Assembly: GCF_000143415.4 (NCBI RefSeq)
Contig: NW_003314325.1
Location: 962,086 to 1,026,085, forward strand
DNA length: 64,000 bases
Reading direction: 5' to 3'
Origin: Selaginella moellendorffii
Taxonomy: Eukaryota; Plantae; Lycopodiophyta
Position numbers and translations under genes: made by a program. Shown in pieces: positions 22,166-38,396 of this stretch (the stretch's first letter is position 1; every line of letters starts with the position of its first letter). Under the pieces are notes generated by a model. The model worked only from the letters and a program-made list of their open reading frames with translations, had not been told where the DNA came from and searched no databases.

Positions 22166-23389
22166 AACGGTGGTGTATCAGGTACTTTGCTTGTTTCTTT
22201 CCTTTACTTTCTTTCTCTTTCCCGGCTGCTCGAAGCCACTGAGTGCTCACGGACTTTGCGGCGTGGTTTCTCGCAGGATCGTGATCAGACATTCGCTCCC
22301 AGGGGCCCAACCAAAGATTAGTGGGTTATGATCAAGAAAAAGACCCAACCAATGTGCGCATCATGACTGCTGCGTGCTAAAAAGAAAGAGAAGAAGAACA
22401 AACACTCCCTTGGTTGGAGATTGGAGAATTCAATGCATCTTAAAGGTAAGCAGCAATCGCTTTTCAATCTAGAGTTCGATTGACTATTGAATTCTCTTTT
22501 TTGCTTAAATTTTTCTAGAAGCCCATGATGGTATCAATCGACCTCAAACCGACCCATTACAGAAAGTGGAGGAGATAGCAAAGCATGACGCAAAACGCGG
22601 GTGCCATGCGAGCCGTCCGATCTAGGGCTTGGAACTTTGACAAAAGGTGGTGGTGCGCAAATAAAGATTTTTCCTTAGTCCACTGGCGTGATATTTCCAA
22701 ACTTGCATGTGACTTGCCCATGTTCGCGTGCCGAGATTGTCAAAAAATGGGCTCGAAAGTTTCCAAGAACCGAAAGAGAACAAAACAAGCGAGCGAGCAA
22801 CAAATTTAACGAACGAATCAAGCAGGAGTGTGGACGGACGTCGTGAGAGCAAGAGCAGGAAGAAAAAAAAAGAAAAAAAGAAAGCACTTTGAAACAATGG
22901 AAAGAAAAAATAGACAACCATGTTGTCAAACATTTGTATTCCAAGGTTGCATTTTTTGGGGGCCCCGCCTGGCAAATTTAGCGGTCACGTAGGATGACGT
23001 TGGCCGGGGTGGCGGGGTGGGATATAATATAATCTCGCGCTCCAACTTTTAGGGTTCTTGCGTGGCTCACATTTTCAAGAACCTTTTTCTCGCTTGGCTT
23101 TTTTTCCACTGTTTGTTGGAGGGTGGTGGCGCTTGTGCCACTGCTGTGATCGATCCTCCGCCTTTTTTCTTTCTCACAGTAGTGATGTTGAGAGTTTTCC
23201 AAAAAGTCAAACTGGTGGGGAGGATGCTAGACTGCGATGAATCCATAGTGATGAAGATCGAAGAATGCAGGGACAAGGGATTGGCGGTGGTGGGATTAGC
23301 TTAGCCGATCCATCGATCGATTACCAAACGAGGAAAGATTCATAGAGAGGATTTGAATTGGAGGCAAGAAGAAAGGAGAAAAGAAAGAC

Positions 23390-25230
23390 ATGAGTCGATC
23401 GAATAGGAGGGTCTACCCACCGGGAAAGCTTCCACTCCAACACCCTCTGTTCGTGGAAGAGGACCCCCCAAACGACGAGAAATCGAGGTGGGCGACTGCG
23501 CCTCCCAACAGCGGCGGATTTGAGAGCCCTGTGATCGCCGTCCCTTTCAAATGGGAGCTCGAGCCAGGTGTTCCCAAACAAAAGCTCGATCGCCAAGAAC
23601 ACCAGCATCGCTGGAGGAGAGACGAGGAGCTGTTGGCGAAGAAGAGCCCACCACCACCAACTGCTGACCGGGCGACGGTGGTCGAAAAGGATCTCCAACA
23701 GAGTGATCATCCCGGGAGCGCCTCCCCGTCGCCATCGCCATCGCCATCTTCCTCCTCCTCCTCCTCCTCCTCTCTTGCTCCACCCCCGCGATTGATGGTG
23801 ATAAGCAGCAGCACTGGTAGAAAAGCTGGGCCGGCGCTCAGCTCTCCTCGCTCTCCCAGATCCATTTCCCTGTCCCGCAAGATGAAAAGCTTGCTCCAGG
23901 GGAAGCTGGCATCGCCCAGGAAGATCTTCTCGGAGCAGCAGCAGCAGCAGCGCTCGAGCCTGTGGGAGTGTGAATCCGGAAAGGTAGTCCAGGAGTTGGA
24001 TCGTCGCGTCGAGGAAGAACTGGTGGACCGCCGGTGCTGCGTTTCGAGGTGTTGCTCCAGCAACGATATAGTCTTCGAGGGAGAGCTTCTCGATCTTCAT
24101 CACCATCCGAAGCATCCACCACCACCAGCGCCGGCGGGATCGATGCCTTTCAAGAACATGTCCAGCATGCTCCTCGAGCTCTGGTATGGCGGTGGAGGAT
24201 CCAGCTCCGAGTTCCCGAGAAGTCCTGTCCCTGGCTTTTTCCGTGACGAGTTTCCACTCCAGAGCTCCGGTGGCTCTAGCACTGCGAGTAGTAGCGAGTT
24301 TCCAATCCAGAGCTCTGGTTCTAGCACTGCGACTAGTAGCAAGAGCATTGCCTCGCCCGTGACAAGCTCGTCCTCTTCTTCCAGCGACCTGGAGAGCCCC
24401 GGCAGCAGCACGGACAACTCGCTCGGTAGCTTCTCCAGCAGTGACTCCTCCTCTCACCACCATCAAATCTTGCACGTCCCCCGCCACGACCACGAGTTTC
24501 AGACGAGCTTTGATTCCTGCGACGAAGTCAAGCTCTTCGGTTACGCCTCGGACGACGACGAGTACGGCGGTGGCTTCGACTTCGCTGCCGCCGCCAGCCG
24601 CGAGTTCTTCGCCAAAAACTTCTACTACCACTCGGACAGGTTCCGCGTCGAGTCGTGCGACTCTCCCTCGCTGCTCGGCGTCAAGCAGCTCGCTCGCTCG
24701 GCAGTGCCAGTGCCACCGCTCCCCAGCGCTCTCAAGTCGGGGAAGAACTCCAAGAAGTGCTTGAAGAAGGTGAGGTTCGCCTGTGTCGAGGAAGAAGTCG
24801 AGCCGGAGAAGGCCGAGGATGGTCCGGAAGTTGACGAGGAAGAGGACGATGAACTCGTGGTTGCTTCGCCATCGCCGACGAGTCCTGCTCTGTCCCGTTT
24901 CTCGTCGAGGCCAGCGTCGCGGTTCTGTAGCATCGAGGAGGACGACGATGGCGGCTTCTACCGGGACTCAGACGAGCTCTCCTCCGAGCCGTGCAGTCCT
25001 TCGCCTCGTTGTGCCAGAAGAGATCCATCTCAACTCTTGCTGCGGATCATCCAAGCCGATGCCGAGTCCAGCCGGAAGAACAAAGGCGCTCTTAAGGTAC
25101 GATCTTCTCCATAACGAATTTTCTTTTGTTTCTTTCGTCTGGTTTCTTCGGTTCGTTCTCTAAGTTGAAAGGTGACGGCTCGTTTTTTGTTTGTGCGCAG
25201 TCTATGTTTGGTTCACGTTCGCGCTGGTAA
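23390..25230 (+). CDS. Ser/acidic low-complexity plant protein with DUF688-like VPFxWExxPG motif; probable last intron 25097-25200
   Basis: 574-codon ORF with AVPFKWELEPGVPK. Splice AAG|GTACGA ... GCGCAG|TCT gives a C-terminus SMFGSRSRW*. Confidence 0.75.
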
Positions 25231-25442
25231 CCGAGAGTTCGTTTGAAAAGCGAGAGAGCTTGAGCGTCTCCAATTTTGTTTGATACCAAGAGGTCCGAGA
25301 GAAATAACTTAAAAGATATATGGCTTCCAAGTGGGAAGGAAAGAAATCCCACATCTCTGTACATGTCTCCCACACCAAAGAATATTATATACGCGTTTAA
25401 AAGTGCACGACTTACTTGGACAATGGTGGTGTTGTGCGTGCT

Positions 25443-27777
<2,335 letters not shown>

Positions 27778-28268
27778 TCACGAGTGGCTAGGAAGACGCC
27801 ATAGCATTGCGTGCGATCTAAGAACCCTAGAAACAGAGATGAAAATATCAACCTTTTGCCCTTGGAAGAAATGAATATACCTAGAATATGCTAATACTAG
27901 CTTAGTTTCGTGTTTTATGTTTTAATTTCCCAATGATTATAACTTAACAACTTATCAACTTATCTACAAAACCAAGACATGAAATAACAAGAATATACTA
28001 AATCAATCTAGAATAATGTGAACCGCCCCAAAATGTTAAAAAGATGTTTAAACTGAATTTACCCAAATCATAAACTCAATCTAGAACGATGTGAGCCGTT
28101 AGATGAGAACATATACTGGAATATACTCCCACCACCTTTTTCAGGACAGATGATTATTATTTTGACGTTTTCGCGTTTCTAGCATGTTGTGTGTCTTGTA
28201 GCATTCACCTTTAATATCGGGATAAGAGCTCCGCGCACCACAAGATTTTCATTGTGCCTGCACAAGCA

Positions 28269-29778
28269 ATGGGATCATCGTCTCCTCCGCAAGAACTAGT
28301 CCATTTGGTCGCGGTTCCATGGGTGATCCCAGGTCACGTAAATCCGCTCCTCCATCTCTGCTCCAAGCTCGCCGCGCTGGGCTCCTTCCAGATCACATTC
28401 ATCAACACCTTTGAGAATCACGAGCGGATGTTCAAGTCGCGGGAGCCCATCACCCGCGAGGGCATCGATTTCGTGGGAGTCTCGGACGGGATGCCGGAGC
28501 GCGGTGCCAACGATCATCCTCCCCCCGGGATGGAGGGACTGAAGGAGGTGATCAAATCCAGCGACGGATTGCAGCGCGGCGTGGAGGAGCTGCTGGAATC
28601 GATGATCCATGAGCGAGGGATTCCAATCAAGGCGATCATCTCCGACCTTTTCCTCCACTGGATCCAGGACATTGCCACCAGATTCAAGCTCGTGAGAGTG
28701 GCATTCTCCACGACCTCTGCGACCTTTGATCTCGTCACGCTCCACATGAGGAGGCTTCGATCCGAGGGATTCGTCCCGGTCAAGAGTGAGTTCTCGAAGA
28801 TCTTTCTCGTGATGTTAACTTGGATCTCTCCCAGATCGCACCACTGGAGACAAGACGATCGAGTTCTTCCCTGGAATCCCATCGTTCTCGCCATTTGATC
28901 TTCCCCTGGCCTGGTACGAGGAGCACCCGATCATCCCCTTCTTCGAGCCGCCCTACGAGCGTCTCTTCCAGGCCGATTGGATCCTCTCGGGGACGTTCCA
29001 GGCGCTGGAGCCGGACATCGTCTCGATCTTCCACCACCACTACGGCGTCAAGAACTACCTCCCAATCGGCCCCTTTCTCCCCGACGAGCACATGCATGGC
29101 TCTGGCGATGGCGGCCAGGAAGACCTCCGCGCCGCGCTCTCTAGCGAGGATCTCCGCTGCCTGGAATGGCTGGATTCGCGACCCAACTCCTCGGTGCTCT
29201 ACGTCGCGTTTGGGAGCATCGCGGTCATGCCCAGCGATCAGTTCCAGGAGCTCCTCCACGCGCTGGATCACTGCTGCGCCGAGAAGAATGTGGGCGTGCT
29301 CTGGTCGATACGGCCCAATCTCGTGGATGGCGAGTTCCCGCGCGAGATCTTCGATGCGTTCCTGGAGCGCAGTGGCGATGGCGCTTGCGTCGTGTCGTGG
29401 GCGCCCCAGATGCGCGTCCTCCGCCACGCCGCGGTGGGCGGATTCATCACGCACTGCGGATGGAACTCGGCGCTCGAGGGGATGTGCGCGGGCGTGGCGA
29501 TGGTCGGGTGGCCGTGCCTGTCGGAGCAGAACCTCAATTGCTCGTTCCTGGCCAAGAGGAAGCTGATGCTGCGGGTCAAGGATCACTCCAGGGACGGGAT
29601 CCTGGGGCGAGAGGAGATTGCCAGAGCTGTGGACGAGCTCATGCACGGAGAGATTGGAAAGGAGATCCGGGCGAATGTGGGCGCGGCCAAGATCGAGGCG
29701 AGGAAGGCCGTGGCCAGCGGTGGAAGCTCGCACGGCAATTTGCAAGCGTTTGTCAATGCCCTATCTTTCAAAGTTTGA
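28269..29778 (+). CDS. Family-1 UDP-glycosyltransferase; intron 28786-28834
   Basis: N-terminal PGHVNP catalytic His. PSPG box WAPQMRVLRHAAVGGFITHCGWNSALEGMCAGVAMVGWPCLSEQ. Confidence 0.95.
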
Positions 29779-31648
29779 CCCAAGTTTATAATGTCACATC
29801 CACATTCCGTGTTTTCTTCAAATCCGCAAACGACTCTAAGAACAAAAGGATCCACAAATGAGAAAAGACAATCTATCAACAGAATGGAAATAAAGTTTTT
29901 AAAAGAAGTGTTTAAATATGAGCCAATATTCCCTCTCAAGAATACACAAGAACACAAAAATACACCATAAAACCCACTGGATTGAAGGTCAAATGAATAG
30001 GGCTGTGCTTGAGAGGGAAAAAATGATGTGAACTCTAACGTTCACTGCTGTTTTTTTGTTTGTGATGGATATCCAATTTTCTTTCGTAAGAAATAAAAAT
30101 AAATGCTAGAATAAATGCAAAATGAAAGACATATTGCCCAAGCAAGCGACTGTGAATCTGCTTGTGGGTCGCCAGGAGCTCTCGAGAATGGATTTCGACA
30201 CCAGCTAGTGAATGATTAAAATGATAAATCCTTCATTGTTATGCTATGAACGACCATTGAGTAGTTTTGAGCTCGTTAAGTCACACATCTCTCATTGTTT
30301 GGTCCTCTGATCAAATCTTCTCCCAGAAAAGGAGAATGAAACTTAAAACACAAAGAGCTCAAGCTAGGGAAAGTTTGTATCTGAAACTGGCAAGGTAATA
30401 TACTTGCCTTTAGCATACATGACCAAGAATGACCAAGAATGACCAAGAATGTCGGAGTAAATCCTGACAAGAATTTATTCATGCACATGAGTCCTATAGG
30501 CATATTCCTGTTCTAATAGTTGATTCTTGGAGCGTCAACCAATGGCAGGCCATTAGCAAGAAATTGCTAGACTGGATTAAATAGTCAAATGTTTGATTGG
30601 GATAGATTGGGATAAAAATGCTTTGATCAAGAGATAGACATTCTAACAATGAGAGACAACAGCAGTGTGGTCGGATTTGGATGTGTCAGTGCCCACAACA
30701 TTGTAGCAAATGCTAAATCACCCCCTGCAAATCATAACATCTTGACACTCTTGACAACAGTTGGGAAAGAGGAATTTGGTATATAAGTCCTACAAACCCG
30801 GCAAAGTACAAGCAGTTCCAGAAAGGCATTAACGAGCTTCTTGGTGAAGGAGCTGTTCAGGTTTTAGCTAGAGAAGAATATATGGCCGTTGGTGCTGTTG
30901 ACATGCGTCTCACGTAAACAAATGACATAAGTTAACAACAAAAAAAAAAAAAAAACAAAAAAAAACTGCAGATCCACTGACCATAGTGTTTGTATCCATG
31001 GTTTTGCTGAAGCCTGCTGGTAGATATTAAAGAAGAAAGTTGCTCCCTTAAATCTTGGATAGGAGCTGCACAGAAAGAAACTGTAACAATCCCACAACAC
31101 TAGCAGTGATATTATCTTCCAAATAGTATTCTGCTATTAAGCTTCTAAGTTTTGTAGCAATCAGATTAAATAAACTTATTATAGGCAAAAATTCACAGAG
31201 GTGATCTCAATCATAGAGCAACTGTTTGACAACCTACATAACCTCTATAATCACAAATGCAAGGACATGACAATGATAAACGTTTTGGGAAGCCAGCTTG
31301 CTCAAACTCAATGCTCTTTTAGACTTAGTAAACAACAATGAAGTTGTGAATTGCCGCAGTCACATACAACAAAATACTGTACTGGACAAGATTGCATATC
31401 AAGAACACATCAATTCCTGGTTTCACTGCAAAACACTGTTGAGTTTGAGCAATGAAAGGCGTACATCAAAGGAAAACATCACCTCTCATCTGTTGAATCT
31501 CTCTGAGAGCCTTTCCAATGTGAGCAACAATAGCTCTAATCAACGTCGGAGTTCTTCTCAGCGATCTGTCGGGTGGATTAAACCCAAAAAATAGAATCTA
31601 AATTGGAATAAAAAGCCTTTACTCTTTTAATATATATAACTGTGTTGG

Positions 31649-32583
31649 ATGGCAAAGCTTGTGTTTAGGGCAAGCTCGACCATAGCGCTCATCCCGTGTC
31701 TCCACTCTCAAATGTGCAAGGTGAGCATAGCATGGAGGAAGCTCATCTCCAGTGCCAAGTTCTATGATGATCACTCGGCACAGGAAATACTTGTCGCCAC
31801 CCCTCCGCCCGTGTGCAAGGCGGGGGATTGAACAGTGAAATCAGTGATTGAAATGGGAAATCAGTGAGCGTCTTTGATTCACACACGAGTCGATGGAGCG
31901 CCCCAGCGTCAATGCTGTGTCCTCGAGCGTACTGTGCGTCCGTGGCTATGGAGGGTCGGCTCTACGTCGTGAATGGCAACTCAGAGGGGGGATTGGATGC
32001 CGAGGTATATGATCCGGTGGTGGACCGATAGGATCCTCTCCCGTCACCGATGGACTGATGGCCATGGCCACTGGTCGTTCTCAAGCCCCTCCTCGTGGAC
32101 TAACAAAGTTTCCTGGCCAAACTAGTTCCACTAGAGTCCCCCACATTCTCTTTACTATATTTTTGGAACACCCCCACCCCTTCCTAAGAGTTGCTTGTTT
32201 TCTCGGCACAAGATTGATCATTCCTGGGAAGTGGTGGGCATCACTCGATCGCCCGGGTGCCACTGCTTTGTGCACTACGTTCGTATCTCTACAACAGCAC
32301 TTCCGCCATGTCGGGCTCGTATATCCGGCTGGGGTCGCTCCAGCTTACAAACGCTTCTTCCCCCAATGACAAGTTGTTTTTCCGGGCTGTGAGCTGCCAG
32401 AAGAACATCTGGGCGGTCTCAAAGGATGCCAAGGTTGTGACAGTGATCCAAGTTCCCAGCGATGGCGGCTTGGAAGCCAAGGTGGTGGCGGTTTACAAGC
32501 TCAGGGGGTTTTTCAGCCGCCATCAACTAGATCCACTAGTCTTTGACGTCGAGGTTGATATTTACAAGCTGCATTTTGTCTAA
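31649..32583 (+). pseudogene. F-box/kelch-repeat pseudogene
   Basis: F-box-like CKVSIAWRKLISSAKFY. Kelch RWSAPASMLCPRAYCASVAMEGRLYVV..AEVYDPVVDR*DPLPSPM has TAG in place of Trp. Frames are broken. Confidence 0.7.
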
Positions 32584-32736
32584 ACTTATAAACTTACTTC
32601 TTTGGATTAATATTTATCAGCTTACAAGAATATCGTGAAGGCATTGTTTTGGTGCTTAGTCCATGAGAATGTCAAGGTTCTTTGAGTTTGGTGTACTGTT
32701 TTGTCGCTCCAGTGCTTTTCCAACATTAAGTTTGAC

Positions 32737-35275
32737 CTAATTTTTTGAGTTTGGAAGTATTTCTCCCCCTATGCTGTCCTTCGTCTCTACCGGGATCACA
32801 TCCAGATTTTGAGATGGCTCGTTGCATTCCGGGGTCTTTTCTTCCGCTTTGTGTGCCTGCAAACCAAAGATTCTCGCGAGATCCACCCATTGCTGCATCA
32901 AAAGTTTGCTTGAGTAAGCAAAAGAGAAGATATCGATCCAATCTTACCTGCGTTCCCCAGTACGAGTTGGCTGTTCTTGCGACGAATGAGAGTATGTTCC
33001 CAGCGAGAGGCGTCGACGCCAGAAAATAATCTGCAATCCAGTGCTCTACTACTCCAGCGACGATCTAAGAACCAAAAGATCCACATCTTAGAACGAATGA
33101 AAAAGAAAGACACTTGATCAACTTACCTGGTATCTCAAGTTTGCCGAGAGGCCGAGGAACGTAGCATAGACCGCAGCGGTCTTGAAGATCGGAGATCTCT
33201 TGTTTGTCACTCTGGGAGCCAGCTCTGGATTGAGTTTCCGCCGAAGATCCAAGTACGCGTTCGTGAGTGACAAAGTTCCTACGCTGGAGATGAATCCTAC
33301 CGAGAAGAGCTTCACTCCTCCAAGTACAACCGCGAGAAAACGTGTACTCGGATCCCAGTTCGTGCCAGTGTTCGCTCTCTGGAATGCGTTGTCTGGAATT
33401 GATCCTAGAAATCCCTCTAGGCCACCGACGGCCGATTCATCGTTGAAAACTCGAAACGCCAGCCTCGGAGCTGGGAGCCAGACCGTGAAGAAGTCGACGA
33501 CCGATCCCCTCACCGTGTCGGTGATAACGTAGTCCAGCTCTTTCCAAAACCTGCCTTTCCTGCGCTCGTACTGTGCTATGAGTGTGGTGGTGATCGAGAT
33601 GGATTCCTCGATCGCTAGCCTGTGAAGAAATCGTGGATCGGCAAGCAATCTTTCCCTCAAACCCTGCCAAAAGTCATGCGTGAGTTAGTGGTTCCTGAAA
33701 AAGATGAAATCAAAATGCACCTGGAACCTCTTTGTGAGTTCTGCTAGAACCGGGTGCTTGTCCAGATCGAGAAAACTCTGGAGAAGCTCTGGTGATATCA
33801 CTCCTCTCTCTAGTCCTGCTTGTAAATCCTACAAAAAAGAAAGAAATCCATCAGTCCAGGAATGAAGTTTCAAGGACTAAGCGGAACCAACCTGCGGCAA
33901 TGCTTCGCGCCTCCTGCCGGCGGCACTCATCACGCGAGCAACTTCAGCACGATCAAAGCAGTTCCTGACACAAACTTTTGCCGCTGAGTACCACAAAAAG
34001 TCGGCCTGTGGCAGCTCTCCTTCTTTGCGAATATGCTGCCTCTCGGGATTCAGCAAGATCACAGTCTGTGTCTTCTTCGGCAGGATTGGTGCAATCCTTG
34101 ACGGCAAGCCCGATCCCTTAGCTCCATACTGGACGTGCGAAGCGCCGGTTATGACAACCACTAGACCAACCGTGCCCGAGTCCACGAGTGCCTGACGAAC
34201 AACTTGAGCCATTGTGTGATCCTGGACAATCCGAGCTTGAGCAAACCGGTAAGGTCCTGGGCCGAAAGGAACCGATGCATTTGCGAGAACATCCGGCTGC
34301 AAAGACTGCTGAAAAATCTCGTACGAGAGTGCCGAACCGCGCTTGATCGGCGGACTGTATCGCTTGCGGTCACCAACGCTCAGTCCCTGTATGCCTTTGG
34401 TTTGAACAGTGCGAAGAACTTCCGGTGGAGCACCGCATGCCATGAGTCTCACTCCATTGTCTCGGCAGTACTCCAAGAGTGGCTGGTATTGCTCCCAGCG
34501 TCCCTCGGGCCAGTCGAGTACTTGAGCCTTGAGATCAGCACTGTCGGAGCTGCGAAGAAACTATCAGTTACTCATTCACGACTTTATTTCGCTATAGTCA
34601 CCTTTTGTTCATGAACTGATTGAGCAATCCTTGAAGAAGGCATGGAAACGCTTCGATCGCTAGAGTAACAGGTCTCTGCTGCTCGAAACATCTGTCTCGC
34701 AAAGCTCTCACGACTTCCAGCTCCAGCACCTGCGAACTAGACGCAAGTCCATTCTCAGATCATTCTCCAAGAGAAAAACGAAGAACTAAAGTATCAAAGT
34801 GTCGGACCTTATCGTCGGGATCCGGCACACGCTCCGCCTCGCCAAGGTACACCACCCGAGAAGCCAGGAGCTTCTGCCATACTCGATCGCGGTTGCTCGC
34901 AATCGCTACAGGCTCTCCCAGCACCAAGGAGTCGTAAACTCGAGACTCGTCAGCTTTGTCTTCCTCCCCGAGAGACCAGAGCTTCCTCTTCTCCTTCCTG
35001 CTGGTTCCAGCCGGAGCATTCTCCACAGCTCCAGCTCCCTGGTTTTGCAAGGTCAGCGGCAAGAGAAGCGAGGCCCCCAGTAGAATCCTCCTTGTCGGCT
35101 GGAACTGGAATCCCCCTCCATCACCCTGGCATGATTCATCGCGGCTGCACCGAGCGACCAATCTGCTCGCAATTCTAGTGTACCTCACAGCGATCCAGAA
35201 GCTTGAGCGGTGGCCGGATAGCTCGCGAGGATGTAGAACCGATGCCGCCGAGCTCGCGGAAAGCGCTAGCGCCAT
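32737..35275 (-). CDS. RETICULATA-RELATED 5/6-like plastid protein (DUF399/ChaN-like + DUF3411), multi-exon
   Basis: Transit peptide, [81 protein letters not shown]. Stop at 32737-32739. Confidence 0.9.
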
Positions 35276-35414
35276 CGCATTGCCCTAATCATCCATGGCG
35301 AGCTTGAAGGAGAGATTTGGATGGAGCTCGCGGCGCTGGCATCAGCGCCCCAGATTGACCGATCGATCGCGTGTCGCCTTTGCCCTCGTGAAGAGAGTGT
35401 CCGGCCATAATCCC

Positions 35415-35507
35415 GCCACGTCACGCCGCGATAGGGGCTGCCACGTGTAGGGCTGATGGGGCATACCCTGCCGACGTGACAGACGATGCCGGCAATCCGC
35501 CACGTCA
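35415..35507. promoter_or_regulatory. Cluster of four ACGT-core (G-box/C-box-hybrid) elements in a divergent promoter
   Basis: GCCACGTCA 35415, GCCACGTG 35440, GACGTG 35473 and GCCACGTCA 35499, between the RER-like and PACRG start codons. Confidence 0.5.
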
Positions 35508-35611
35508 GCGTGACCATTCGAGAGCTTCATCCCCAGAGAGAAAAGAGAGAGCGCGCCCAGGGCAAAGCGGCGAGGGTGGAGGCGAGCAGCTGAGGCGCGC
35601 CTTCCACAAGA

Positions 35612-37127
35612 ATGGGGGGCGGCACGGACAAGATCGGCGACATCGCCGGGCATTTGCTCTCGGATGAGTATTGCAACAAGCATCTCAAGGGGAAGCCGAC
35701 GATGAAGAAGACCAAGCAATCGCTCTCCTGCTTCGATCAGACGCTCCCAGTCTCGGTAAGAGATCTCTCTCGATCTCTCTCTCAGGGCTTGTGGAGACAC
35801 CATTTCCTGGTTTCTCGCGGATCGGCGCCATCGCCAGGGTTTCTGGGATTCGGCGATCGTGGGATCGAATCCCGTGAGCCGCAACTCTTAGTTTTTTCCT
35901 CGTGGGATTCGAACGTTTGCCCAGCTCTGGACGACTCTCACGAGTACTTGGTTTTTTTTTCTTTGTTGGCAGATACAAAGGAAGGCTGGACGTCACAATT
36001 TGTGTCGGCTCACCGGGAAGGATTTGCCGTATTGGTCTTCCAACAATGAGTATAGGTGAGTGAGCTTATATCCTTCTCTTTTTGCTTTTTTCTTGAGCTT
36101 TTCCTAGAGTTTTTTTCTTGGCTTTCAGCTGACAATCTTTGTGTTACAGACATAAGATGCCGAAAAAATATCCCAGCGACTTTACACGCAAGGGAGACGG
36201 TGAAAGAATCAAGCGGGGAGAGCTGCGTAAGGCTCCACCGAAGGCCGAGCCTCCAGTGGCTGGAGCATACAAAGCTCGCGACAATCCCCCCAACACTCTC
36301 GTAAGAAGAAGTGCCCAAGGCCCACGGGGATTTTCTTAAAGATCACACTGTAAATGAACTTTCTTTCATATTCTTTTTTCTCCTTTTTCGCTTGCTTGCC
36401 ACTTAGATGCTTACTGACATTTTGTTGTGGTTTCCAGTTCAGGAAGCTCTACGAAAGAGGTGACTTGCCGCTCAAAGTAGACCACGGGAGCGCCAAGAAC
36501 ACCATCACTTGGAAGCTCGACATAAACAAGATGGACTACCACCACTATCTGCCAATCTTCTTCGATGGTATTCGGGAAAAGGAGGATCCATACAGATTCA
36601 TTGCTGTCAAGGGTTGTGAAGATTTGCTGAAGGTAAATGTCTCGTACCATTTTCCTGTGGAGCGTTTTAGCTAAAGGCCGTTCGTCCAGGCAGGAGAAGG
36701 GAAAATCTTCCCTGTAATTCCGCAGTTGATTATTCCCATCAAGACCGCTCTCAACACTCGAGATCCATCCGTGATGAACATCACTTTGCAGGTAACTATG
36801 AGTCTGTCCTTCGGAATTCTTGTTTTGGTTCTTATTCCCGCAAGGTGGGAGGGACTCGTGCAGCTTATGATGAAGCTCGTCCAGTCTGAGAAAGACGTGG
36901 GGCAATCTCTGGTTCCTTACTACCGGCAGCTCCTCCCGATCCTCAACATTTTTAAGAACGACATCCCAAACATTGGCCACAACATCGATTACGCGCAGCA
37001 AAAAAAGGCTTGCACGGGAGAGCTTGTACAGAAAACTCTCGAGATGTTTGAGCAACACGGCGGAGAGGATGCCTTCATCAACATCAAGTACATGGTGCCG
37101 ACGTACGAGTCGTGTGTTATTGGGTGA
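35612..37127 (+). CDS. PACRG: Parkin co-regulated gene protein (axonemal inner-junction protein); exons 35612-35755, 35973-36055, 36150-36300, 36438-36632, 36690-36791, 36864-37127
   Basis: [83 protein letters not shown]. All intron phases are consistent; the two 5' exons are less certain. Confidence 0.93.
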
Positions 37128-37666
37128 TTAGTCTGTTTTTTTTTCTTGAGATACAAAATGTTTATAGCTCACCTGGAGCAATACATTTAACGATGTTATA
37201 ATAATAAGTAAATAAATAAATCAAGATTTTATTTTAAAATTTCTTTGTGCCATTATTTTATCGAAGGTACAGCAAAGGGGTGAGTGCTAAACAAAGTCAA
37301 AAACTTTATGTACATAATAAACTGGAACAGGTATTATACCAGATATTCTTATAAATTCCATTCCTTATACAAATCTGAGTTTATATTTCAGCCATGAATA
37401 TACTTCACTTAAGAGTATATCAATTAATATATGCTAATTTCAATGATTAAATACACTAATGCTCTCTTGTATATCTTAACACTATTCAAATGTACATATT
37501 GGTTTATATATTTAATTTATAATTATTAATAAAATATACTGTAGAATTGATCATAAGCCCATTGGCTATAGAATATAAATAGTATTTTAATAAATAAAAT
37601 TGTTTTAATTAACCAGAAGAAATCATTATTTTAAAATATTTTGTAAAATATAAAAGTATAATTTTC

Positions 37667-38004
37667 TTATTTACAGTTAAATTTATATTCAACAAATTCA
37701 GCAGTAAAAGAATCTTCATGTTTATAACAATCTGCAAATGACCAAAATTCCCAATCATGGTCACGTTTAGTTTTATATTCTGCAGTGTTTGGAAAAACAA
37801 CTAATTAATAAAGCTTATAATTTATTCTAAAATCAACAACTTCTAATATAGGAATTTGATCTGTTCTAATTTCAAGGAATAGGGATTTCTTATATATAAA
37901 AACATTTACATCATCATACTTATCAAAGTAAATATTTAAATCACAAGTCACAAGTTTTTCTAAAGAATCATTCAAAGAATTAATACCATCATTTAAACCA
38001 GGAT
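37667..38004 (-). pseudogene. AT-rich unknown exon-like frame with one internal TAA
   Basis: ~113 codons (PGLNDG...RINYKLY*LVVFPNTAEYKTKRDHDWEFWSFADCYKHEDSFTAEFVEYKFNCK) preceded by a GTAAGT...TAG intron. Confidence 0.35.
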
Positions 38005-38396
38005 CTAATTAGATATAATTTAGAGAAATATATAATGTGGCTTGAGAATAATCAATTAAATATTCTAAAAACACACACTGAACTTACTTCTTCCCTCAGA
38101 AAAGAGGTAAAGTGGTGCATGTAGTATGCTCTTCTTTTCTTTTGTTTTGGAGAAGTGTTAGATGCATTGATTGATGTGAATTCTTGTCAATGTTATGGGG
38201 ACTAGTGCTTATGTGGCTCTTCACAAGAACCCTCCCCTTATGAACAGAGCCCAAATTTTATTCTAAATTTTAAATATTCAACTATTCATTATACTATTAA
38301 TTCATTTGTGTGCCATTTGGCTATTATAAAAGACATGCCCAATGTCATTGGCAATTCTATAAATATTAAATATTTTCTTTTAAGGGTTATTTCTAA

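Noticed and set aside
23321-24631. 436-aa minus-strand ORF
   Set aside because: Antisense shadow of the Ser-rich plus-strand gene.
30419-30450. (GACCAAGAAT)x3
   Set aside because: Trivial short tandem duplication.
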